Shown here piece after piece: positions 1 to 13,639 of a stretch of DNA of 64,000 bases. The translations under genes were made by a program, and so were the position numbers. The stretch's first letter is position 1. Every line of letters begins with the position of its first letter. A model generated the notes under the pieces. It searched no databases and was not told the origin of the DNA. It saw nothing but the letters and a program-made list of their open reading frames with translations. This stretch comes from Planctomycetota bacterium (GTDB lineage: Bacteria > Planctomycetota > Planctomycetia > Pirellulales > JADFKK01): contig JADFKK010000003.1 in the NCBI GenBank assembly GCA_022564995.1, forward strand, positions 3,933 to 67,932, written 5' to 3'.

Positions 1-1
1 A

Positions 2-280
2 AAGGTCGCCCGGGATATTCGCATCGATCTACTTCGCAAGCAGAAACGATCAAGGATCGCCGAGAGTCTCGCGATGCGACGCGAATCGACGAGCGACGTA
101 GACGGCGAAGTCCAAGTCGAATGGCAGGATTTCATGGATTCGCAGCCTGCGCGAGACCAGCGACTCGTGGTCGGCCAGATCAACGGCCAGTCTCATGAGG
201 AACTGGCCGATCGAGAATTTTGTTCATCACGCACGGTTTACCGTGTGTTCCGAGAACTCAAGCTGGAGTTTCTGCAATGA
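2..280 (+). CDS. ECF-type RNA polymerase sigma factor, 5'-truncated by the window edge
   Basis: Frame is open from base 2: KVARDIRIDLLRKQK (region 2 end) then DQRLVVGQINGQSHEELADREFCSSRTVYR (region 4 HTH). The stop overlaps the next ATG (ATGA 277-280). Confidence 0.75.
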   Translation, partial: KVARDIRIDLLRKQKRSRIAESLAMRRESTSDVDGEVQVEWQDFMDSQPARDQRLVVGQINGQSHEELADREFCSSRTVYRVFRELKLEFLQ

Positions 281-1230
281 TCTACGTTCCCGACGCCGAA
301 GCCGAATTGGCGCTTGACCGAACCATCGCCTTTTGTCGCCGACTTTGGTCTGACGGCGACGAAGAGCCCGACGCGCTCCGCACCATCGTGGCCACGCAGT
401 CACTTTCGTGGGACACCTATCACATCGTAGAGCTCGCGGCGTTTGAAGCCGTGCTTCGTATCAAACGCGGCGAACCGTTTGACGCACAGACGTTCGCCGA
501 CCGATTCGGTGACTGCGCGGCAGAGATCTACGAGCGATGTCGGGTGTCTCAACTGTTCCACTTACAGTTCCACGGTCGCCCCCTGCTCGACTCCGTTTAC
601 CGCGTTCCATCCACCATTTCGGAAGTCCAAGCCGCGATCCGGCCGTCGCTCTCGCATTTGTCCAGGCAGCTTGGGCATAAACTGTGGCAAGCCACATCGT
701 TTCGTGCGACATTGATTCTTGTCGCCGTGGCGATCGCGATCGTGGGGATTGTTGCCGCGCGTCGCGCGCCCCTCTCCGAGCGCGAATTCACCGCCGGCAT
801 GACGGCCGTGGAGCAACAGGACTGGGACGCGGCGATTGAGCACCTCTCGGTAGCCGTGGCGAACGACCCCGATAACGCCGAGGCTCATTATCAGTTGGCC
901 AGAGCGTACCTTGAGGTCGATAACGCCGGTGCGGCGATGCAAGAGATTACGGTGGCAATTCGGTTGAACGATCGACCTGAATACTTCGCCGTCGCTGGTG
1001 ATGCCTTGCTTACGACCAACAGCGTTGGTGCTGCCCGTCAGTCATACGAGATGGCGATAGACGGCGGTATCGAGGATGTTGCCACGCTAACCGGACTGGG
1101 GCACGCTTGCCTAAAATTGGCAGATTTTGACGCCGCTGAGTCTGCCCTAACTCGCGCCATCAAGCTTGACCCGAGCGCATTCAAGGCAAGTTCTCTTCGG
1201 GCATCCCTTGAGTTCAACCGCCAGAACTAG
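277..1230 (+). CDS. Membrane TPR protein with a planctomycete kinase-type N-terminal domain but no kinase domain
   Basis: ATGA-coupled to the sigma gene. N-terminal ELAAFEAVLRIKRGEPFDAQTFADRFGD, a TM segment (LILVAVAIAIVGIVA) and about 4 TPRs (PDNAEAHYQLARAY; AESALTRAIKLDP). Confidence 0.7.
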   Translation: MIYVPDAEAELALDRTIAFCRRLWSDGDEEPDALRTIVATQSLSWDTYHIVELAAFEAVLRIKRGEPFDAQTFADRFGDCAAEIYERCRVSQLFHLQFHGRPLLDSVYRVPSTISEVQAAIRPSLSHLSRQLGHKLWQATSFRATLILVAVAIAIVGIVAARRAPLSEREFTAGMTAVEQQDWDAAIEHLSVAVANDPDNAEAHYQLARAYLEVDNAGAAMQEITVAIRLNDRPEYFAVAGDALLTTNSVGAARQSYEMAIDGGIEDVATLTGLGHACLKLADFDAAESALTRAIKLDPSAFKASSLRASLEFNRQN

Positions 1231-2480
1231 ACCACTATGTACTCGGCCAGATTTGACTCCGCCTCGTCGTCATCTTCCGTTTGGGCTGAGATTTTCCCGT
1301 AGTTTACTGGCAGAATCAGGACAATGAACGAAAACGTCCCGTCTGCAGCGACAGTCGTGGTGCCGGATATTTTGCCGCCGAACGTAACGGTCCAACCCTC
1401 GGGATCGTCATCCACGTCGGTGACGGTTCCGGTGACGAGCCAGAAATCACCGCCGGCGGGCACCGCCTGAAAGTTACTTATCACCGGCGCGTCATTCACC
1501 GCCGTCACCGTGACGTGCTGCGTCGTCTCGACGAACAGCCCGCCCGCATCGGTCGCTCGCACCACGATGTCTGCGGCTCCGTTGGCATCGGCTGCGTAGT
1601 CGAGAATCAGATTCCCGCTGCCGTCGATCGTGACGTCGGTGAACAGCCCCGGGTTGCTGTTGCTGACGACCGAGAAGATGAGCGAGTTGTCGGCCGTCTC
1701 GTAATCCTCAAAGGGCGTGTAGAGCCCGATCGACGAATCGGCGGCATCTTCGTTGACGCTGACGTTTGATAAGCCGCTGGTGCTGGGCGCGTCGTTGCTG
1801 ACTCCCTCAGGATCGCCGCCAGGCAGCGCGCCACCGTAATGTGCGTCGACGATGTCCGTGTCACCCGAGTCGATTCCGCCATACCCGTCCAGGTCCATGA
1901 AGGGGTCGTACTCGACGTCGACGGTGGTCTTGCCGTCCAGCGCGTCGACCGCGTCCCAGTCGAGTTGGCTCACCGTTCCGTCCTGGTTCGCATCGCCCGG
2001 CAGCACGTCGAATCGCAGCTCGTAATCGTTGCCGTCGCCGCCGTAGCCGCCGTAGCCGTCGCCGTCGAGGTCTTGTCCGTAGATATTCTCGACGGGCGCC
2101 AGTCCGTCGGAATTGAGGTCGATGAAGTATTTGTCTTTGGCCAGCGGCGCGGCGAGCGTCCAGGTGGCGACGAAGTTGATCGAATCGTAACTAAAATCGC
2201 TGAACGCAAAGGCGGCCGTGTTCTTGCCGCTGAGCGATAGGTCCGATGCCTTGATGGTTGTCCCCTGGTCGAGCGTGATGATGATGGGGTCGATGTTGTC
2301 CCACGGCGCGATGGGGCTGCCGGTGACGCTGAAACCATCGGTTCCGAGATAGGTGCCTTCCAGTTTGTCGATGAAGTCGGCGTCCCAGGCGGTGCTGCTG
2401 AGGTTGACGTCCGTGACGGTCGGTGGGGCGGTGAGCATATTACGAGCTTCGAGCGATTCGATACGAAGAGTGGAGCGCAT
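1227..2480 (-). CDS. Exported planctomycete protein with dockerin-like and cadherin/Ig-like domains
   Basis: N-terminal LRIESLEARNMLT motif; dockerin-like GDANQDGTVSQLD...DLDGYGGIDSGD; NDAP...VNEDA...VTAVNDAP cadherin-like repeat. Confidence 0.8.
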   Translation of the reverse strand: MRSTLRIESLEARNMLTAPPTVTDVNLSSTAWDADFIDKLEGTYLGTDGFSVTGSPIAPWDNIDPIIITLDQGTTIKASDLSLSGKNTAAFAFSDFSYDSINFVATWTLAAPLAKDKYFIDLNSDGLAPVENIYGQDLDGDGYGGYGGDGNDYELRFDVLPGDANQDGTVSQLDWDAVDALDGKTTVDVEYDPFMDLDGYGGIDSGDTDIVDAHYGGALPGGDPEGVSNDAPSTSGLSNVSVNEDAADSSIGLYTPFEDYETADNSLIFSVVSNSNPGLFTDVTIDGSGNLILDYAADANGAADIVVRATDAGGLFVETTQHVTVTAVNDAPVISNFQAVPAGGDFWLVTGTVTDVDDDPEGWTVTFGGKISGTTTVAADGTFSFIVLILPVNYGKISAQTEDDDEAESNLAEYIVV

Positions 2481-2768
2481 GATTGCCTCGGGGGTCGGTT
2501 GAGTTTAGTCATCACACGTAAGGCAATTGGCGTGCCGCTTCGGAATGCCAGGGTAAATGGCCCATATCACGGTCGAGTGTTACCGATCGGATGCGCCGGT
2601 GTGCCGCACGTTTACATCGGACGCGGTGTCGGGGCTTCGGTTGGCAGTCGTTCGGGCCTCGTCGCCCGCAACGGTATGAATGCGCCCGCACCAAGCCGCC
2701 CACGGCAGCGGAATGTCTCTCATATCGCCGGAAAGGCGGAAAGGAAGAAGGAAGAAGAGGAAAAGGAC

Positions 2769-3256
2769 AGGCATAAATCCCTTAGCATTTGCGATGGACC
2801 GAAAGATGCCTGTCCTTTATCGTGTTTCTCATCAGCCGCTGGGCGCTAGCCCACGGTTCTTCGCGGTATTTCTCTCCACGGAACCGGACGCTAGCGCGTC
2901 GCGGCTGATGTTTTGAGGCGGCACCGAAAGGGGCCACCCATTTTCTAGCATCTGATCTAGGCTCTGTCTCAAAACGGCTTGAATTCGTGTTTCTCATCAG
3001 CCGCTGGGCGCTAGCCCACGGTTCTTCGCGGTATTTCTCTCCACGGAACCGGACGCTAGCGCGTCGCGGCTGATGTTTTGAGACAGAGCCTAGGCTTCAG
3101 AGTCGGCGAATGCGACAAAATCATTGGGTGGCCCCTTTCGTTCGCCCAGGCTTAGCCCCCGGTTCTTGCGGCATTCTCTAAGAACCGGGGGCCGGCGATA
3201 AGGCGATAAAGGACAGGCATCTTTCGGTCCATTGCAAATACCAAGGGTTTATGCCT
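2769..3256. repeat. Nested MITE/REP-like composite: three inverted-repeat pairs and a 98-bp direct duplication
   Basis: IR pairs at 2769-2822/3204-3256, 2925-2940/3125-3140 and 2957-2974/3076-3093. Direct repeat 2820-2917 = 2985-3082. Confidence 0.85.
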
Positions 3257-3770
3257 CCCTAGAAGAATCTGTGGGTGAATTCTGGTTCGGGGAGGTCGCC
3301 GAACCTTTGGGGTAACCTTTCGGGAACCTTTGAGAAAAGGTTTCCCGAAGGTTCTCCGGCAGGTGCTTCGTATTGGCCGCAAAGTCTTCTATCAGGCGGG
3401 TTTGCGGCAACTCCAACAAATCCTTCAAGTTGCCGATGAGGACGTTCGCACCGTCCGGCGGATTCCACTTCCACCAGCCCGGGATGAACAGCACGCGAGC
3501 GCGTTCATCGAAGGTCCAATTCAACCTTTCGCAAACCTTCTCGAAACATTCGGCGAAGGTTTCGGCGTCCCACCCCAAACGTTCCGCCGACATGGCCGGC
3601 GAGAATTCGTGCAGCCCGATTCGATCGCTCTGGGGGCCGGTGAGCGCTAAGAGCGCAATCACTTTTTCGCCGTCGGAGAGTGACAGAACATCATGGTCCG
3701 ACCAAAGGCGCGGATAGACCTTGCGGAATCGAGCCATGTCGGGGCGTTTGGGTTTGTCGGTTGCTGCCAT
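3249..3770 (-). pseudogene. Phage/ICE replication-initiator-like protein, N-terminal part, 3' end truncated by the repeat element
   Basis: MARFRKVYPRLWSD...LTGPQSDRIGL...WWKWNPP resembles phage replication-protein N-termini. A paralog lies at 54668. The ORF stops inside the outer IR. Confidence 0.6.
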
Positions 3771-3779
3771 GTTTGATTC

Positions 3780-3998
3780 CTACGCGGCGTCCGTGTAATC
3801 TTCAATCATCATCGAGAGCGTTTTGCGCTCCGCATCCTCGGCGAGTTGCAATTGCTCGAAAGCATGGTCGTCGATATGTCGGGTGATGCAGTTCTCGCAC
3901 AAGTCGCGAAGCTTGCCCGGCTCGATTGCCTCAATCTCTGTGGCCCGTCCCTTGAATTTCTTGGTAACCGCCACCGATTCAAAATGAATCCATAACAC
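3780..3998 (-). pseudogene. C-terminal fragment of a prophage-type protein (possibly Toprim-like family)
   Basis: EIEAIEPGKLRDLCENCITRHID...AEDAER resembles C-termini of prophage Toprim-like proteins. It has no credible start and lies directly upstream of the replication gene. Confidence 0.35.
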
Positions 3999-4394
3999 GC
4001 CGCCGACGCTATCTGACTCAACCCAAACCTCTACGTCGTCCTCTTGGTTTTGCCAGATGGCTCGCCGATAGGTGTCTCGACTGTTAGATTACGCGTACCG
4101 CCGAGCAAGGGCGGGCAAACCGCCCAGGGCACCCCAGTGAATCATCTGGATGGGCTCCCGCTCGACGCCCGTCGCAATCTCTGGGTTTGCCGTCTGAAAA
4201 CCGGCTTCTTGACCGGCCGCTTGCCGCGTCTTTTTCCCGAAAAACCGGGAAAGACTCGATTCTCTGCTTCCGATCTTCTGCCGATTGGTTGCTCTAACGG
4301 TCGGATGCTTGATGCGGCCGGAGTCCGCAATGATAATGGACTGGGGCGTTTTCTAAGGGGAAATCGCATTTTTCGCCGCCCGAGGTTTGACCCG

Positions 4395-7300
4395 ATGATC
4401 CGCCGACGTAACGAACAGCGACGGGCGGTGCTGGCATTCGAGACTCTCGAGGCCCGCCGGCTGCTGGCCGCCGGCACCATCGCCACGGCGGAGCCCATTC
4501 TTCTCGTCTCGGGCGAAGAGGCAGCCGTGATGGGCACAATCGATCACCCGCTCGAGGTCGACATGTTTGCCCTGAGCCTTAGCGCCGGCGATTCGGTCAC
4601 GATCGAAACCTTCGCCTTCAGGGCGGGCAGCCCGCTCGATACGGTGCTTCGGCTGTTCGACGCCCAGGGGACGGAGCTCGATATCAACGACGACTTCGAC
4701 CTTAACGTCTCGACCGACTCGCGGCTGACCTTCGAGGCGCCCGAGGACGGCACGTTTTTCGTGGGTGTTTCCACGCAGTTCAATCAGGGATACGACCCGC
4801 ATGTTGCCGCCGGCCCGTTCGGTCCGTTTATGGGGGCGTATGACCTTAACGTGTTGCTCACCGCGGCGCCGTCCATGGCCGACGGGAATGACACGCTGGT
4901 GACGGCCGAGTCGGTTGACATTGTGCTCGACGTAACCAGCACGTTCGGCGGCGAGATCAATCCGGGCGGCGACGTCGATCTGTTTTCGCTGCAATTGAGC
5001 GCCGGTGAGATGGTCACGGTCGATACGGACGCCTTCGGTCAAGGAAACGATCTCGACACGCTGCTGCGAGTTTTCGACGCGACGGGAGACGAAATCGCTC
5101 GAAACGATAACGCCGACAACACGACCGTCGACTCGGAGTTGACCTTCGAGGCGCCGGTCGACGGCACGTTCTTCGTTGGCGTCTCCGGGGCCGGCAATCA
5201 GCAATACGATCCCAATGTCGAGGGCAGCGGGAGTGGATCGCTGACGGGCAACTACGACTTGAACGTGTTGGTCAGCGCGGCTGCGACGCCCCCGGACGGA
5301 AACGATACGTTGGCCACGGCCGAGCTCGTGGCTTTCACGCCCGACGTACTGACGGTCGTCGTTGGAGTCGTCGACCCGGCCGGCGACGTCGACGTGTATC
5401 GGCTTGACTTGAACGCCGGCGACAGGCTCACGCTCGACATTGACGCCGTCACGGCCGGCAGCGCGCTCGACAGTTTGCTGCGGATCTTCGATGCGGCGGG
5501 CAGCGAACTGGCACGCAACGACAACGATGGCACGACGAGCGATTCGGCGTTGACGTTCGAGACACTCGTCGGCGGGCCGCTGTTTGTCGGTGTCTCGGGC
5601 GCGAATAACTCGGCTTACGATCCGAATGTGGCGCGTAGCGGCGACGGCGTGTCTGTCGGCGCCTTCACGCTCAGCGTGCTTGTCACGCTGGCCCCTCCGT
5701 CACCACCGCCTCCTCCTCCTCCTCCTCCTCCTCCTCCGCCGCCGCCGCCACAGGAGGCAGAACCGAACGACGATTTCGCTACGGCTAACGACATTCCGCT
5801 GAACGAGGACGTGGCCGGTTCCTTCGGCGCGCTCGACGATCGCGACGTATTCGCTTTTACGCTCGACGAGCCCGGCCGGCTGACGGCGGAGATATTCGCC
5901 GTGGACCCTGGGCTCGATAGCCGGCTCGATTTGTTCTCGGCCGATCGACAGCGGATCATCTCCAGCGACGACGTGTCGTTGCAAAATGTCAATCCGCGGA
6001 TCGTGCATCATCTACCGGCCGGAGATTACTTCCTTGTGGCGGCGGCCTCGGTTGGCAGTACGCCAGGCGGCGACTACACGTTGCGGGCGTCGTTCGTCGC
6101 GGCGACGCCGCCGACGGACGACCTGCCGACCGGTATCTTGCCCGCCGCGATTTCGACGGGCGATTTCGACGGCGACGGGATTGTCGACCTGGTCATTGGC
6201 AATGAAGTTTCCAACGTCGCTCCGTTTTTCAGCGACGTTTCCGTGCTGTTGGGCCTGGGCGACGGAACGTATGGTGAGCAGGTCACTTACGCGGTCGGCG
6301 GCCAACCGGCCGACGTCGCGGACATCGCGATCGGCGACTTCAACGGCGACGGGCACGACGATCTGGCGACGGCCAACCGGTTTTCCGGCAACGTGTCGAT
6401 CCTGCTGGGCGTGGGTGACGGGACATTCAGGTCACAGACGTTCATTCAGGTCGGCTTCGAGCCGCGAGCGCTGGCCCTGGGCGATTTGAACGACGACGGC
6501 CTGCTCGATCTGGTCGTCGCCAATGCTTCGTCGCACGACGTGAGTGTGCTGCTTGGTATCGGCGACGGAACCTTTGTCAACGCCGAAGCGCTGCCGGTCG
6601 GCGTGGGGCCGCAATCGCTGGTGATCGGCGATTTCGACGGCGATGGATACAACGACGTCGCGGTGGCCAACCGCACCTCGGGTGACGTGTCGATCTTACT
6701 GAACAACGCGGCCGGCGGATTTCTTGCCGAGCAGCGGGTCGGTGTTGGTGCGGAACCGACGTCGCTGGCGGTCGGCGATTTCGACGGCGATGGCCGCATC
6801 GATCTGGCGGTTGCCAACGCCCTGTCGGACGACGTGTCGCTACTCATCGGACAAGGCGACGGGACGTTTCAAGCCGGCGAAACATTCGACATCCGTCTGG
6901 CGCCCGAGCGAGACGCGGCCGGCGATTTCACCAGCACGCTCGTCGCCGCCGATTTCAACAACGACGGCCGGCTCGATCTGGCCGTGACCCACTCCGAAGA
7001 TCCGCTCGTCGCGGTGGCGCTCGGCCAAGGTGACGGGACGTTCGCTCGGCGGAAGCTCGTTACGGTATCGGGTCAGCCGCAGGACCTGGTGGTGGCCGAC
7101 TTCGACGGCGATGGCCGGCTCGATCTGGCGACCGCGGGCGGCCTCATCAACGTGGCCAGCGTGAGGATCGGGCTGGGCGATGGCAGCTTTCAGGAAACGC
7201 AACGCTTTGCGGCCGGCGATTCGCCCCGCGATCTGATTGCCGGCGATTTCGACAACGACGGCCGGGTCGATCTGGCGGTGGCCAATTCGCACGACACCTC

Positions 7301-10300
7301 GGTGTTGCTTGGCCAGGGAGACGGAACGCTGGCCGAGCAGTTGCGGCTGGCCGGTGGCGATCCGGCGGCGATCACCACGGGCGATTTCAATCGCGACGGC
7401 CGGACCGACTTGGCCACGGCCAATCTCCTCGGCGGTGATGTTTCGGTGCGGCTCGGGTTGGGCGATGGCACCTACGGCGATGCGATGCAATTCGACGTGG
7501 GCGATCAACCGGCGTCGATCGTTGCGGCCGATTTCGATGGCGATGGGTTGATCGATCTGGCCACCGCGAATCTGTCGGGCGAGATTTCGATCTTGCTGGG
7601 CCGCGGAGACGGCTCGTTCGGCGACAACACCCGGCTGTCGACCGGTCGATTGCCGTTTGGGCTGGTGGCGGCCGATTTCAACGATGACGGCTTGGTCGAT
7701 CTGGCGGTAGCCAATTCGCTCGACGACGATGTTTCCGTTTTCCTGGGCAGCGCTCAGGGCGGCTTTCTCGCCGGCGTGCGAATGGCAGTCGGCGACGATC
7801 CGCGGGGCCTCGTCGCGGCCGATTTCAACGGCGACGGACGAGTCGATCTGGCCGCCGCATCCGCGGGCAGCGACGACGTGTCGGTGTTGCTCGGCCGGGG
7901 TGACGGAAGTTTCGACGATCGACGCAGCTTCGCGGTCGGCGTTCAAGGCGATGACGATCAGCCGCGCCGCATCGTCGCCGGAGATTTCGACAACGACGAC
8001 GTTCTCGATCTGGCCGTTGCCAATTATGCCGACAACGACATCAGCGTGCTGCGTGGCTTGGGCGATGGCAGCTTTGAACCGCTCGTCCGCGTGCCGGTTC
8101 GCGGCAAGCCAACGGGGCTGGTCGCGGTCGATCTGAACGGCGACGGGCGGCTCGACATCGCCGCCCTCAGTGCCTTTGGTGAGGGAGTGACCGTCGTGCT
8201 GGGCGCCGGCGCCGGCACGTTTCGGCCGACCGATCGTTTCGCCTCGAACAGTACGGGGGCCACGCCGATCTTCGGCGATGTGAACCGCGACGGCACGCCC
8301 GACTCGATCGTGCTCAATTCGGCCGGCGAAATTCTGCTGCGGATCGGACGGACCGACGAGCCGGGCATCTTCGATTCGCCGGTGGTCGTTAATCCCGGCC
8401 AGCCGGCGCGCACCGTAACGCTCGTCGATGCGGCCGGTGAGACGCTGATGGCGGCGATCAACCTGCGCAGCGATTCCATCTCACTGTACCGCGTCGACGA
8501 CGATGGCGAGATCACCGCGAAACCGTCGATTGACACGGTCGCCCAGCCGGTACGAATCGTCGCGGCGGAACTGAACCACGACGGTCACCAGGACTTGTTG
8601 GTGGCCGGCGCCGGCAGCGGCGAACTGTTGATCCTGCTGGGAGATGCCGCAGGCAGCTTCACGCCGCAGCCGCCGATCGCCGGCGTCGCCGATCCGTCGG
8701 CATTGCAGGTACATGACGTCAACGGCGACGGGCTGAACGATATCTTGGTTGTCGATCAGATTTCCGGGTCGGTCGCGACGCTGATTAACCAAGGCGGCGC
8801 GCAGTTTGTCATCGAGCAGCGATTGCCGGTCGGCTTCGGCCCGGCCATGTTGCAATCGATCGGCGAAGGCCCTGCGACCAGACGGACCTCGGATGGAACG
8901 GCCGCCTTGGCGTTGGGTGATTTCAACGAAGATGGCACCGTCGATCTCGTCGTGGTGAATCGCAATGCGAACGATCTGGCCGTGCTGCTGGGCAATGCGG
9001 GCGGAGGGCACGTCGAGCCGCTACGACTGCTGACCGGCAGCCGGCCGATTGCCGTGGTGATTGGCGATTTCAACGCCGACGGGCACGAGGACTTGGCTTC
9101 GCTGGCCGCGGCGGCAAGCCAGATCGATGTTTTCCTCGGCGACGGGCTCGGCGGATTCGCGGCATCCGTCGTGCTCGATGCCGGCAATTCGCCGACCGGG
9201 CTCTCGCTCAGCGATGCCGATGGCAACGGCACGCTCGATTTGATTGTTGGCAACCGATTCGGCGACGTGTTGACGCTGCAAGGCATTGGCGACGGAACCT
9301 TCGAGACGTTCACCCGCATCGGACGAAACGTGTCGATTGCCGTGGGCGACATGAACGGCGACGGGCAGGACGATTGGGTCGTTACCAACGAAACCCAAGA
9401 CCGCGTGGCGTTGCAACTCGGCGGAGCGCCGGCCTCGTTCGAGCAGGATCGCAACGACGGCCTCTCGGCGCCGGGAGCAGTGGCCACGGGCGATCTGAAC
9501 GACGACGGCCTGCTCGATCTGGTTGTGGCCAACAGCGGCGGCAACAACATTCTCGTCTACCTGGGCACGGGCGACGGCCAGTTTGCCGCTGCCCGCAGCT
9601 TTGCTGTCGGGACCAATCCGGTCGCGGTTACGCTCGATGACGTCGACGGCGATGGCCGGCTCGACGTGGTGATTACCAATCAGGGATCGAACGATGTTAT
9701 CGTGCTGCTCGGCGATCCGCACGGGCTGTTGCGGCCCGGGCCGCGGCTCGACGTAGGCCAAGGGCCGGTCGATACGCTCGTCGGCGATTTCAACGAAGAC
9801 GGAATGGCGGATTTGCTGGTTGTCAGCGAAGGTTCCAACCAGGCCTTTTTTCTGGCCGGGCTGGGCGGCGGATTCTTTGCTCCCGATACGACGTTCGACA
9901 CGGGCGCGGGGCCGCAGATGTCCTTGGTCGGCGACTTCAACGCCGATGGCCGCCTCGATTTCGTAACGCTCAATTTCCGCGACAACAGCCTGTCGATGTT
10001 TCCCGGCTTCGACGCGGCTGCTCGCGTCGACTTTTCCTCGGGCGGCATCGGTCCGCTGGCGGGCGTAGCCGAAGATTTCAACGGAGACGGCGCGCTCGAC
10101 CTGGTCATCGGCAACAACGGCGACGGAGCGCTGGCGGTTTTCTTGGGTGGCGACACAGGCTTGGTGCTCGCCAATACCGTGTTCGACGAAAACCTGCAAC
10201 ACCCCACCGCCTTGGCATTGGCCGAGGTGGGCGAAGGCAGCGAATTGAGTTTGTTGATTGCCGACGAGGGCGATGAGCTGATCCGCGTGTTCGGCCGCGA

Positions 10301-11031
10301 AATGTTCTTGGGCGATGCCGACCGACAGTTTGTGGCGATCAAAGACACTTCGAGCGTGCCGTCCTTTTCGTTGGGCGAAAGCATCACGTTCGTTCTGGCG
10401 GCGCTGACGTCTTTCGTGATGGACACCGACGAAAGCGATCTGCTGCTCGAAAGTTCGGACGACGATGGATCCGACAGCGGCGATGTCCGAACGCAGGAAT
10501 TGCGAACCATCCTGGCTGCCGCGGGCATTCGCAAAGAGAGTCTCACCGGGGCGATCAAGGAAATGGTGGGCAAGTTCACCGCCGGCAAGATCAGCGAGGA
10601 GGATTTGGCCGAAGCGATTAAGGAAGTGCTGGAAGCGGAGCTGCCAGGCGCGCCGCGGCGAGTATTGGAGGCGGTCCGCAAGGCCATCATGGATTCGGTC
10701 ACCTCTCGAATCCTGATCGATCCCGCCGCGGTCGATACGGTGTTGGGAACCGGCGAGGAAAACGCCGCGGATGATAACGATCAGAACGATCAGAACGATC
10801 AGAGAAACACTGAGGACCACGTCGACGTCGTGCGATGGCCGACCGCCGACCGCGTCCGCGACAAAGCCTTCGCTCTGCTGGAGCAGGAACATCGCCGTCG
10901 ACGTAACGAGCAGGCTGCGGAATCGATCGACTGGCACATCGTCGGCCTGGCTTCTGTGCTTTCGGCCGCGGCGATCAAGGGCTACACTGAAAACAAGAAG
11001 CATGGCATGTCGCCAAGATTGGAAGGTCGTT

Positions 11032-11048
<17 letters not shown>
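4395..11048 (+). CDS. Giant exported protein: about 4 PPC (pre-peptidase C-terminal-like) domains and more than 20 FG-GAP/VCBS beta-propeller repeats
   Basis: Start moved to MIRRRNEQRRAVLAFETLEARRLLA. Repeated DVDLF.L.L.AG...LDT.LR.FD..G..A.ND domains, a poly-Pro linker, many GDF(N/D)GDG..DLA(V/T)AN repeats and a hydrophobic segment near the C-terminus. Confidence 0.9.
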
Positions 11049-13299
<2,251 letters not shown>

Positions 13300-13380
13300 C
13301 CGGGTTAGAAATCGATTAGAGAGATGCGTTGGAACCTCACGAAAGGTCGTTGAACGCTCTGGTCGACGGCGATCATTTAA

Positions 13381-13573
13381 CTAGCCCAGGCGTTTACGCC
13401 TGGGGCCAAGGACTATGACAAATCCGTGTTCATACACCTTTAGGGGGATTCTCTAGTGCGATCCGAAACGACCGAGATGTCCTGCGCGTTTTGTGCGTTC
13501 GATAAGTCCCCTGAAGGGGACGAACGGAGTGGGGGAGGGGTATCGTGGTCCCAGGCATGAATGCCTGGGCTAG
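13381..13573. repeat. REP/MITE-like intergenic palindromic element
   Basis: CTAGCCCAGGCGTTTACGCCTGGG at 13381 is inverted relative to CCCAGGCATGAATGCCTGGGCTAG ending at 13573; internal GTCCCCTGAAGGGGAC hairpin. Confidence 0.75.
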
Positions 13574-13639
13574 ATAAAATATGTCAACTTCCAAGCGTTC
13601 TGTTGGCGACGTCCGAGTCAACCACGAAAGGATACCCAG

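Noticed and set aside
2820-3082. Possible CRISPR array, also considered for 28020-28079 and 44482-44603
   Set aside because: Only 2-3 units, wrong lengths, no regular unique spacers and no cas genes. REP/MITE-type repeats explain them.
4044-4394. N-terminal extension of the FG-GAP ORF from the ORF track
   Set aside because: The planctomycete export motif begins at ATG 4395; the upstream part looks non-coding. Similar start corrections were made for several other genes.
5693-5749. (CCT)n/(CCG)n microsatellite as a phase-variation switch
   Set aside because: A triplet repeat encoding a poly-Pro linker; length changes keep the frame. The same applies to the 9-bp repeats near 10776 and 12-bp repeats near 39567.
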